DNA of 64,000 nucleotides from a bacterium (GTDB lineage Bacteria; Patescibacteriota; Microgenomatia; Woykebacterales; RBG-16-39-9b): NCBI GenBank assembly GCA_030704665.1, contig JAUYID010000009.1, positions 160,454 to 224,453 of the forward strand, read 5' to 3'. Shown piece by piece: positions 1 to 11,106 of this stretch (position 1 is its first letter; each line of letters starts with the position of its first letter). The notes under the pieces were generated by a model. It saw only the letters and a program-made list of their open reading frames with translations, ran no database searches and was not told where the DNA came from. The position numbers and the translations under genes were made by a program.

Positions 1-11
1 ATCAGGGTGAG

Positions 12-86
12 GGGCGATTGGCTCAGTGGTAGAGCGCGTCTCTGATAAAGACGAGGTCGATGGTTCGATCCCATCATCGCCCACCA
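12..86 (+). tRNA. tRNA-Ile (anticodon GAU)
   Basis: Cloverleaf read directly. Acceptor gggcgat/atcgccc, anticodon loop ctGATaa, T-loop ggttcgatcc, 3' CCA. Canonical position between 16S (upstream of window) and 23S. Confidence 0.85.
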
Positions 87-114
87 TCCTGATTCAAATT
101 CGGCTTTGCCGAAC

Positions 115-136
115 AAAGACGAGGTCGATGGTTCGA
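115..136 (+). repeat. 22-nt duplicate of tRNA-Ile 3' half (aaagacgaggtcgatggttcga) inside the spacer
   Basis: Exact repeat of tRNA-Ile positions 47-68, located 30 nt past the tRNA 3' end. Confidence 0.6.
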
Positions 137-775
137 AGGTTGTTTCCAAGCGCGGGGCGCACAGCGATCTATCCTGTGCCCATCAGTAAGTTAACCCAAC
201 CTAACTACTTTGTGAATTATTTCTCCGTTAAGCGATTCTTCCAGCCAAATAACGTTGTCTGGAAGTTTCCCTGCGAACCTTTTACAAACCTCACAGTAGA
301 AGTAATGTCGCCTTATAAATTTTCACCTCCTTACTATAATAAATACAGTTCTTAGTAAACTAATATAGAGCACTGTTAGAAACGAAAGTCAATAAAAGGG
401 TTAGCAAACCCCTTTTCTCGACTGCTAAACATTCATTTTAAGCTTGACAATTAGCATAATTGCGAAGCGCAAAGCGCTTGACTTTACCTTTTTCAAATGA
501 TATATTTCGCCCAATGAGATTAACTTTCTCATTCGAGGGTTTTTTGAGTACTTGAGGATTTCTTGCTGAATTAGAAACTTACTTACCTGCGATTATTCCT
601 CTTTGTGCTCTGAATCCCCTAATGAATTGACTTAACTGAATAAATTTGTTTTCTGTTTTAGCCTCTTGTAAATAACGCTAAAACTCTGTATCATCCGCCG
701 GTTGGCTTTGACCGACCTTGTCTTACCAACCTGTGGCTTAGTTTGCACTCTGTATATTAAGGATCGTTTTGTTTT

Positions 776-850
776 GGGCCGTTAGCTCAGCGGTAGAGCA
801 CTACATTTGCAATGTAGGGGTCGTGGGTTCAAATCCCTCACGGTCCACCA
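776..850 (+). tRNA. tRNA-Ala (anticodon UGC)
   Basis: gggccgt...acggtcc acceptor with G3:U70. Anticodon loop ttTGCaa, T-loop gttcaaatc, CCA encoded. Confidence 0.85.
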
Positions 851-985
851 GGTATTAGATTTCAGGTCTAAGATTTAAGACTTAAGATATCTTACATCTG
901 ACATCTCATATCTTTTGATCTGAGATGGCACTTTAAAAACTAGAAAGAACGTCTTACTTCAGAACTCTTTGCGCAAGCGAAGAAG

Positions 986-3906
<2,921 letters not shown>

Positions 3907-4073
3907 GATTTTTTCTCTTTCGTTCTTTCTAGTTTTTAGGGCGCTATTTTTAGCTCTAAGTTTTAGGATCTAAGATTTAAGATATTTTAGGTCTGGAATA
4001 CTTAAAAATTAAACAAGCGGTTTTAGGTTAGAGTATTAAGATAATTTATATCTTACGACTTAAGTCTTATAAC

Positions 4074-4192
4074 TTTAACCTAAGGCCGTTAGAGCGAGGC
4101 GGAACCACCTCTTCCCATTTCGAACAGAGAAGTGAAAAGCCTCAGCGCCGATGATACTGCAGCTACTCAGCTGTGGGAACCTAGGTCACGGC
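4074..4192 (+). rRNA. rrf: 5S ribosomal RNA
   Basis: Aligns to the bacterial 5S consensus (ggccgttagagcgaggcggaaccacctcttcccatttcgaacagagaagtgaaa...gcgccgatgatac). Followed by a terminator. Confidence 0.8.
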
Positions 4193-4206
4193 CACTTTAC
4201 GAAAGA

Positions 4207-4232
4207 ACCCACCGCAAGGTGGGTTTTTTCTT
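4207..4232 (+). terminator. Rho-independent terminator (acccaccgcaaggtgggttttttc) ending the rRNA operon
   Basis: 6-bp GC stem with gcaa loop and T6 tract. Near-identical copies at 5240 and 6362. Confidence 0.75.
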
Positions 4233-4254
4233 TGAAAAGGGTTAAACTTTATTT

Positions 4255-5184
4255 ATGGACCCTGAAACCGGTGAAGTTCCCAAACAAGCAGCTAGCTTTA
4301 ATGCGGCGGCGGCAAAGGCAAAGTTCGAAGCGGATTTAAATAAGGAACAAACGAACCACCCGGCCGAAGAACTATCCAAAAAGACGGAAGCGAAAGAAAG
4401 CGAGCCACAGGATTTAGAGGATCAATTTTTGTATCACGGTACGAATGCTGCGTTTGAAGACGAATTGCACTCTGGTGCAAGCGACCACAATGTTGGCGGT
4501 AGCGCGGTTTATCTAACCCCGAGTCCGGAGCAGGCACATCATTATGCCCATTTTGGCGGCGGTCTTCACAATGAAAATAAAAATGAGCAACATTACAACA
4601 TCCACAGATACAGACTTAAAAGAGGAACAAGGATTCTTGATTTAGATGAGCCGTTGCCCCCAGAGGAAACGGAGCAAATAATATTGAAGAAATACGCTTC
4701 TCCAGCTTTAGCTAGTGAAGAAGCAGCAAGGTATAAGCGACATTATGAAGGGCGTCTCCCTCAGCCCGCAGAGGAGTTCTTAACTGGTCTTATGGATCTT
4801 AACAACGGTGACGACCGTCAACTGTTAGAGCAGATGGCTTACAAGGGAATCAAGAGAGCCCATCTTAAAATGAACGGACAGGTTGCTTTGGAAGTAGCAA
4901 TTTGGGATCCGAGCGTCTTGGTTCCTGCTATCGGAGGCAAAGCAGAACCAAGAACTGACGGTAGGCTAACTCAAGAAGCGAGCGACTATTTGAAGGGTCA
5001 TGAAAAAGCTAAAAGAACTTTTCATGGTCGTACCTATAGTGATAGTGATTTTTATGAAGATTTGCCAGTATTAAAAAGAATGGCTTGGGAAAGCGGGATT
5101 TCTTTAACCGGTGAAGAGACCGGTAGGGAGATAATGGAAACTTTGAAGGCTAGGAATGATGCTGACAAACAGAAGGATGTCTAG
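4255..5184 (+). CDS. Toxin-like protein with an H-Y-E class (diphtheria toxin/exotoxin A/PARP-like) ADP-ribosyltransferase core. Has a conserved 24-aa N-terminal leader shared with the 6413 gene.
   Basis: Motifs FLYHGT (His), then 26 aa later SAVYLTPSPEQAHHYA. This is the G-x-Y-(L/S)-T ... Y pair spaced exactly 11 residues, as in DT GFYSTDNKYDAAGYS and ExoA GFYIAGDPALAYGYA. Candidate catalytic Glu in LPPEETEQIIL (compare ExoA PEEEGGRLETILG). N-terminus MDPETGEVPKQAASFNAAAAKAKF is paralogous to MDSETGGIPKEAIDFDAAKAQANF at 6413. Confidence 0.5.
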   Translation: MDPETGEVPKQAASFNAAAAKAKFEADLNKEQTNHPAEELSKKTEAKESEPQDLEDQFLYHGTNAAFEDELHSGASDHNVGGSAVYLTPSPEQAHHYAHFGGGLHNENKNEQHYNIHRYRLKRGTRILDLDEPLPPEETEQIILKKYASPALASEEAARYKRHYEGRLPQPAEEFLTGLMDLNNGDDRQLLEQMAYKGIKRAHLKMNGQVALEVAIWDPSVLVPAIGGKAEPRTDGRLTQEASDYLKGHEKAKRTFHGRTYSDSDFYEDLPVLKRMAWESGISLTGEETGREIMETLKARNDADKQKDV

Positions 5185-5239
5185 ACGTTTTTGGGATTGA
5201 TTTGCTTAGATTCTGCGCCCCTAATCGGGGCTAGAAATT

Positions 5240-5265
5240 ACCCACCGCAAGGTGGGTTTTTTCTT
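5240..5265 (+). terminator. Second copy of the cccaccgcaaggtggg-T7 terminator module
   Basis: Identical stem-loop and T tract to 4207-4232. Confidence 0.65.
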
Positions 5266-5306
5266 TGTTGAATATCTGTATAATAGTAGCGATCAAAAAA
5301 AGCAGC

Positions 5307-6284
5307 ATGACTGCTAATGGAATGGAGAGGGAGATGTCGCAACTTAAGGCTGCAGTGATTTTCGATGGTCAGTCCAATGCCGAGGTGGATCAGATCGAAC
5401 AAGCCTTGGAATGTCCGGCTGTACGCAGTCGGTTCCGAGAGGCTTCGAGCTTCGGGGTTGATCTGGCAGGGTTGTTTCGCACCGCTCCGCCTGAGGTTCT
5501 GAACAGCCCGGCCGCCCATGTCCTCCATTTTGCGGTGGCGGTTGGTCTCTTTGACGAACTTCGTGCCCGTGAAGTGGTTCCCTCAGTTGTCAGTGGTGCG
5601 AGTCTTGGGCAGCTGAGTGCTCTGACCGCGGCCGGGGTGCTGAGGTTTGAAAGGGCGCTTGAAATCGTCAAGAGGCGTTCTGCAATCATCGCCTCAGCGA
5701 CCCGAGATTTCAAAGGCTTGACCATTCAGGTTCGTGGTAGCAACCCTGATTTGCTTGAAAGGGTCACTCCTTTTCTGACCTCTCGGGTCAGCGTGGCTAT
5801 CATCAACAGCAGCACGAGCCTGAACCTGACCGGCCCGAAGGAAGAAGTTGAAGAAGTGGAGACTGCTCTCAAGCAGTTAGCTGGCGTCAAGGTCTTCCGC
5901 CTTCCCTTTGCGGTCATCTCTCACTCACCTTTGCTCAAGGCGTATGAGAGTGGGATGACTCTCATTCTGGCGATTCGCAATCGAGATGCGGAGAATGCAG
6001 TTTTCCATTCAGTTCAGATCCCAGTGATCTCAGATCTGGACGGTGATCTCTTCTCACGTTTCGGGGGTCCCTTCAGGAAGATCCTCAAGAAGCAGCTTTC
6101 GAGCACCATCAATTGGCCGGCGGTGGTGCAGCGTCTTCGAAGTTTCGAGCCGACTTACGTTGTCAATGTCGGCCTGAACCCCTATCTCTGGCGCGACACA
6201 GCCAAAGAGTGGCCTGAGATCAGTGTTCTCAAGGTCTCAGACATGGCTAGCGTTGAGGCTGTCGTCAGGGCGTTGCGGAGTTAA
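5307..6284 (+). CDS. FabD-like acyltransferase (malonyl-CoA:ACP transacylase family). Visibly GC-rich relative to its neighbours.
   Basis: Colinear with FabD. VIFDGQSN aligns with FPGQGSQ. Nucleophile-elbow GASLGQLSAL aligns with GHSLGEYSAL (Ser kept, His to Ala). ISHSPLL aligns with the SHC/AFHS His motif. Start chosen at ATG 5307; an alternative is ATG 5334 after GGAGAGGGAG. The track start at 5265 overlaps the terminator. Confidence 0.6.
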   Translation: MTANGMEREMSQLKAAVIFDGQSNAEVDQIEQALECPAVRSRFREASSFGVDLAGLFRTAPPEVLNSPAAHVLHFAVAVGLFDELRAREVVPSVVSGASLGQLSALTAAGVLRFERALEIVKRRSAIIASATRDFKGLTIQVRGSNPDLLERVTPFLTSRVSVAIINSSTSLNLTGPKEEVEEVETALKQLAGVKVFRLPFAVISHSPLLKAYESGMTLILAIRNRDAENAVFHSVQIPVISDLDGDLFSRFGGPFRKILKKQLSSTINWPAVVQRLRSFEPTYVVNVGLNPYLWRDTAKEWPEISVLKVSDMASVEAVVRALRS

Positions 6285-6361
6285 GGAGGGATTGGACCCG
6301 CTTTGAGTTTTGACTCGGGCGGGTCCTTCCTAGACTGTCTAAGACTAATATTAAATTGTTC

Positions 6362-6386
6362 GACCCACGGGAGTGGGTTTTTTCTT
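6362..6386 (+). terminator. Third, diverged copy of the terminator module (acccacgggagtgggttttttc)
   Basis: Stem-loop plus T6. Followed by the same RBS/leader arrangement as at 4230. Confidence 0.55.
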
Positions 6387-6412
6387 TGCTCTGAAAGAGG
6401 TAAACTTTATTT

Positions 6413-8359
6413 ATGGACTCAGAGACTGGTGGAATTCCCAAAGAAGCAATTGATTTTGATGCCGCTAAGGCTCAAGCCAATTTCCTTGCCAGAGGAGAAA
6501 CAAACTCAATACAACCCGGATCGTGGGCCTTTCGTCGGAAAGAAGAAAAGGAAGAGAGAGAACGAGTGGAGGGGAGACGACCTCTTGCCGAAAATTTGGT
6601 CGAAAAGTATTTCCCCGAAAGCTCGACCCCCGAGAAAGAAAAATACAACCTTAGGAATTTGGTTAGCACTTTAGCCTTTCACGAAATTCCCGAAGATCAA
6701 CTTGAAGATTTTTTAACTATTCTGTTTGATGGAGCCAAGCAACTTGAAATTCCAGGCAAATCACTTCTTGATACTACTGCTCAGCTGGCTACCATTCCTG
6801 AATCAGTTGATAAGGCTAGAATCTATGCAGATTTTGCGAGGACGTGGAGGGAAAAGTTCCTCCAAGAAGGAGACGACACTCAAAAGTACAATCGAAGAGC
6901 TGCGTTTTTGGAGTTGACGCGCGATTTATCAGGAAGGAATAGAAGTCCTAGACCACCGGAGATTTCGGCTCAGTCTGCGCAACAAATTTTTGATAATGCA
7001 GTTGAGCTGTACAAGGAAGTCTACTCTTTGCCCGAGCAAACCATGGGTTCCCGGGAGCTTGTTAGTAGATCTATGAATGCTGCAAAAGAAACCAATGATC
7101 CAGAGCAAATTTTGTTTGCCGCCCAAGTTTTGAAGGACTCGCAGGGTATTGAGAATAAAGAAATTCGCGATAGCTACCTGGCAAATGTTGGTAGGTACGC
7201 AAGGCAACACCCTTTGAGCGTATCTAAGCTAAAAGGTATTGAAGAGAAACTTTTACCGGCTATGCTTAATAACGACCCACAGGTAGGAGTACTTTTAAGG
7301 GGCGGAAATATTTGGGGTATGGAAAGAGGTGATTTTGGGGTTGGAGACCTTTTGGTCCATTGCTACGCTTCCGAGATAAGTCCCGCCAATCTGAACGAGT
7401 TAATGCTAACAGCTCGACAGGTACCTGCAACAACTGTTTCACGGTTAGAGCAGAATCGAAAAGATGCCTTGATCATGGCAGGACCCTTTGGAGCCTTGAG
7501 AGATTTTATTCACGATCAGAGGCCAGGAGTTCATGAGGTTTTGGCATCTATGGTTGAGTATTATGATACTGGAAAAGCGGAGAATCTTCAGAAGTTAATC
7601 GGACAGACAGAGGGTTATTTAGCTGATCCAAGGAGACAAGACGCAATTTTGGATAGGTCTCGTTATGATCAGCTCGCTACTGAGGCTTCGCGTAATGACG
7701 ACGCGGAGCCAATACCGGTGATCGACTATCTTCGTAGACTTGAGAAGAACACTCGTCCGGTTGATGAGACACCACCGGCAACTGCGGATCAAGAGCTAAA
7801 CCAAAAACTAAAAAACGTTTTTGAGACTAAAGGCACAGAAAAAGGTAGGGAAGGCTTAGGTGAGGTGATGGAGAATATTAATCAGAAACTTTTAAGTCAG
7901 ATGCAGAACCATGAGATTGGAATAGATCCAAGTATGGTTGAGGCAATTTCTTGGGCAGAGCAGCAGGGTTTTCAGGTTCTACAAAAACTAAACTATGAAG
8001 GCCAACTTGGAGCCTACAGGCAAGAATGGTTCCATTCTCTACTTAGGTTTCAAGAACTTACTTCTTCGGCTAGGGATTTTGATGAAGTAGAGTTTAATAG
8101 TTTCATTGAAAGAGTGAAAAACGCACCAACTGAGCAAGAGGCTTATCGAATGATTTCGCAAAGGACTTTATTAAACATAGGTGGGTTGGCAGATAAGTAC
8201 AAACAACAAGGTAGAGAAAGTTGGTCGGGAGCACTTTGGTCAGGTAATATTAATCATGAACTCACAACTTTGGTTGATTTGCGACCAGCAAGTACTGCTT
8301 TGGGGCGTAGAGATAGGGAAGAAAAGTTAAATCCTGAAAAACGTTTGCCTGGGGACTAA
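6413..8359 (+). CDS. 648-aa helical protein of unknown function with the same N-terminal leader as the ART toxin. Candidate polymorphic effector.
   Basis: First 24 aa and about 40 nt of upstream DNA are paralogous to the 4255 gene. The remainder has no motif I recognise. Convergent 4-bp stop overlap with the minus-strand gene at 8356. Confidence 0.45.
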   Translation: MDSETGGIPKEAIDFDAAKAQANFLARGETNSIQPGSWAFRRKEEKEERERVEGRRPLAENLVEKYFPESSTPEKEKYNLRNLVSTLAFHEIPEDQLEDFLTILFDGAKQLEIPGKSLLDTTAQLATIPESVDKARIYADFARTWREKFLQEGDDTQKYNRRAAFLELTRDLSGRNRSPRPPEISAQSAQQIFDNAVELYKEVYSLPEQTMGSRELVSRSMNAAKETNDPEQILFAAQVLKDSQGIENKEIRDSYLANVGRYARQHPLSVSKLKGIEEKLLPAMLNNDPQVGVLLRGGNIWGMERGDFGVGDLLVHCYASEISPANLNELMLTARQVPATTVSRLEQNRKDALIMAGPFGALRDFIHDQRPGVHEVLASMVEYYDTGKAENLQKLIGQTEGYLADPRRQDAILDRSRYDQLATEASRNDDAEPIPVIDYLRRLEKNTRPVDETPPATADQELNQKLKNVFETKGTEKGREGLGEVMENINQKLLSQMQNHEIGIDPSMVEAISWAEQQGFQVLQKLNYEGQLGAYRQEWFHSLLRFQELTSSARDFDEVEFNSFIERVKNAPTEQEAYRMISQRTLLNIGGLADKYKQQGRESWSGALWSGNINHELTTLVDLRPASTALGRRDREEKLNPEKRLPGD

Positions 8360-9066
8360 GCTGCTTTTTCGGCCAGTTTGGAGGTGGTTTCGTAGGCAGC
8401 TTTGAGGACTTCTTCGATTCTTTCTTCGCGAAGAACGAATTTTTTCATTTCCGCGATTTCGGCAGTAGTTTTGGTGGCTTGATTCCAGGGGCTCACGTCA
8501 GCAAGGGAATCAGGATCATTATCACCAACCAAATCAGCCAAAGATTTAAGCTCCGGTTTTTCGTATTTGTAGCTGATCGTTCCGATTGAAGTTTCGAAGC
8601 TTTCCCCAAAGGTTTTTTTGTCTTCGGCATGAAGATATTTGTAGAGTCTTGAGGCGGCCTCCCCTTTGACAGAGATCAAACTGTTTCCAGGAACCAAACC
8701 AACCAAACCAGCTTCTTCAACTGCTTTGATTTGTTGCTCGTGAGATTCTTTAAGAAATTCAGGTGTGTCAATGGGAGGTTCCTTCAAAAAAATGGCGTTG
8801 CTAGAACCATCTTTAGTTGGGATACTTCCGGTGAATTGGCCTTGGTAAATTTTGTCTAGTTTGGCAAGTTCTTCAGCTAATTTTTTCCCGTAGTCGCCAG
8901 AACTGTCACTACTAGGTACTGGGTTGGGGGTCTCTGGTTGAGGGGGGTTTGCAGCTACCGCTGTCTCGGTGGGTGGGTTTTGATTCTCTGCCTCTTTTTG
9001 ATCAGTTAAAAAAGCTGGTTTGGGAAAAACCGGTGTTGGTTGGTCTTGGTTTTGAGCAGTATCCAT
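8356..9066 (-). CDS. Hypothetical protein (236 aa) with a Pro/Thr/Gln-rich N-terminus
   Basis: Long ORF on the same strand as folC, consistent with an operon. No recognised motif. Confidence 0.4.
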   Translation of the reverse strand: MDTAQNQDQPTPVFPKPAFLTDQKEAENQNPPTETAVAANPPQPETPNPVPSSDSSGDYGKKLAEELAKLDKIYQGQFTGSIPTKDGSSNAIFLKEPPIDTPEFLKESHEQQIKAVEEAGLVGLVPGNSLISVKGEAASRLYKYLHAEDKKTFGESFETSIGTISYKYEKPELKSLADLVGDNDPDSLADVSPWNQATKTTAEIAEMKKFVLREERIEEVLKAAYETTSKLAEKAA

Positions 9067-9175
9067 AATTTAGTTTAATTTTGGGCAACGCTTAATAAAA
9101 ATTTCTTTCCGAAAATTGCCTCGCAGATATAATAAGATGGGCCTTTTCTTTTGTCAACAGGAAATAAGCAAGCCC

Positions 9176-9613
9176 TTAGCTGTTTTGCGCTTCGTTAGTG
9201 TCTTCTTCTCGGTAATTTTTTTCAATCATTTCTTCAATAATCTGACGAGCCTTTAAAGCTTCTTTTCTCGTTAAACGAGTGATGATCATTGGTTCTTCAG
9301 TGCGAAGTTTTGGTACCACATGGATATGACCAAAGATCGGACCACAGTCGGCTTCGACTTGAGCAATATCGTGAAAATGCATGTCGCGCAAGCTATTCAT
9401 TTGTGGACCCAGTCGGGTGACTAAAGTTATTTTATTTTTGTAAACAATCAATTCATCAGGGAAGAGCTGGAAAGGGAAAACTGCCCTCACTTTAAAGACT
9501 AAATTTGCATCCTTTGGATCAATTTTCTTCTCTGTTTTAGAAGCAAATTCGGCTAGAGCCTTTTCTTCTAAGGCCTTGGCTTCTTCTGGGGTTAAGGATT
9601 CAAACTTTGCCAT
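9176..9613 (-). CDS. Hypothetical protein (145 aa)
   Basis: ORF on the same strand immediately downstream of folC. No recognised motif. Confidence 0.4.
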   Translation of the reverse strand: MAKFESLTPEEAKALEEKALAEFASKTEKKIDPKDANLVFKVRAVFPFQLFPDELIVYKNKITLVTRLGPQMNSLRDMHFHDIAQVEADCGPIFGHIHVVPKLRTEEPMIITRLTRKEALKARQIIEEMIEKNYREEDTNEAQNS

Positions 9614-9649
9614 TCCTAAAATCCTTTTAGCACAAAGAGAGAAAAATTG

Positions 9650-10990
9650 CTAATGACCTTTCTTATAAAAGCGAGAACGTACTTCACCGACCAAATAAAG
9701 AGAGCCAGTTACGACCAGAAGCGAAGAAGTTTCCCGAGCCCGATTTTTGGCCGACAAGAAAGCTTTGGTCAGATTCTCTTCTTTGATACATAAGTCATCT
9801 TTGTATATCAAACTACAAATATATGCAGCAGATATTGCTGGGTTTTTGGCCATATCAGTGTTGGCGGTAAACTGACTGGCGAAGATCTTTTCTGCCTTTG
9901 GTTCAACAATTTTCAGCATTTCGTTTACATTCTTACCCTTTTTAAAGCTAAGTAAAAAGATCAGTTTTTGTTTTGGAAAAAGTTTTTCGAGTGCGTCAAT
10001 TAAACTGCTCATTTTCATCGGATTGTGCGCTCCATCGAGTATGGTGGTCGGTTTGGCCGCGACAATTTCTAGACGCCCAGGAACAGCTAAACTTTTTAGG
10101 GTATTTTCAACTTTTGCCCAATCAAGTTTAATGACTCCTTGTTTTTCCAAAAGCAAAAGAGCGGCTAGAGCTAAGGAACCGTTTTTAAGTTGAAAACCAC
10201 CCAGGGGAGCAATTTTTAAGTCAGGATAAAAGTTTTTCCCAAAGACAAAGTCAAACTTGGAGCCTGTCAAAGAAATAGATTTACTTACAAAGCGAAAATC
10301 TTTTCCTAGCAAAAAAAGAGGAGAAGAAGTTTTTTGAGCTCTAGCAACGACAATTTTCTGAACTGAGGTTTGGGTGGCACCACTGACGACCGGAATCTTA
10401 GGCTTGAAAATTCCAACCTTGTCGCGGGCAATTTTTTCAACCGTACGACCCAGAATTTCAGTGTGATCCAGACCAACGTTGGTTAAAATCGAGAGCAGGG
10501 GGATGATGACATTGGTTGCGTCCAGTTTCCCTCCCAGACCAACTTCGACAAGCGCAAAGTTGACCTTTTGTTTATGAAAATAATCAAAAGCGAGAGCAAC
10601 AAGAGCTTCAAAATAAGTCGGCGCCCCCAAGCCCTTTTTAGCGACTTTATCAATATGCTCGAGAAGAAAGTTGACCTCTTCAACAAAATCCTGATCGGGA
10701 ATATTGGCTCGATTGATCTGAACTCGTTCAGTGATTTTTTCCAAATGTGGAGAAAGAAAAAGGCCAACTTTTTCACCCTGTCCTTGCAACAAACTAGCCA
10801 AGATCATTGCCGTCGAGCCTTTGCCAGCTGTTCCACCCACATGGATTAACTTTAAATTCTTCTCTGGGTTGCCCAAAGCCTTTAGTAAAAGCTTGATGCG
10901 CTCAAGTTTGAGAGCTTCTTCGGATTTAAAGTTGGCGGGTATTAAATTTTCCAAATAGTCTTGCGCTTGTCGAAAGGTAGAAATTTTCAT
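9650..10990 (-). CDS. folC: Folylpolyglutamate synthase/dihydrofolate synthase (Mur ligase family)
   Basis: P-loop HVGGTAGKGST, Mur-ligase middle domain, DGAHNP motif. Typical length of 446 aa. Confidence 0.8.
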   Translation of the reverse strand: MKISTFRQAQDYLENLIPANFKSEEALKLERIKLLLKALGNPEKNLKLIHVGGTAGKGSTAMILASLLQGQGEKVGLFLSPHLEKITERVQINRANIPDQDFVEEVNFLLEHIDKVAKKGLGAPTYFEALVALAFDYFHKQKVNFALVEVGLGGKLDATNVIIPLLSILTNVGLDHTEILGRTVEKIARDKVGIFKPKIPVVSGATQTSVQKIVVARAQKTSSPLFLLGKDFRFVSKSISLTGSKFDFVFGKNFYPDLKIAPLGGFQLKNGSLALAALLLLEKQGVIKLDWAKVENTLKSLAVPGRLEIVAAKPTTILDGAHNPMKMSSLIDALEKLFPKQKLIFLLSFKKGKNVNEMLKIVEPKAEKIFASQFTANTDMAKNPAISAAYICSLIYKDDLCIKEENLTKAFLSAKNRARETSSLLVVTGSLYLVGEVRSRFYKKGH

Positions 10991-11106
10991 TTCCTCTCGC
11001 TTTTAACAAAAAGAGGTTTTCTTGTCAAAACCTTGCTAGTTGCAATTCGATCTCAAATACGTTAGGCTAGGAGCACAAAATTTCAAAAAAGGAGCTTAAA
11101 AGCTGT

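Noticed and set aside
26-355. 109-aa ORF starting inside tRNA-Ile and running through the 16S-23S spacer
   Set aside because: It overlaps a tRNA and lies in the rRNA spacer. It has no RBS and a low-complexity product. It is treated as non-coding.
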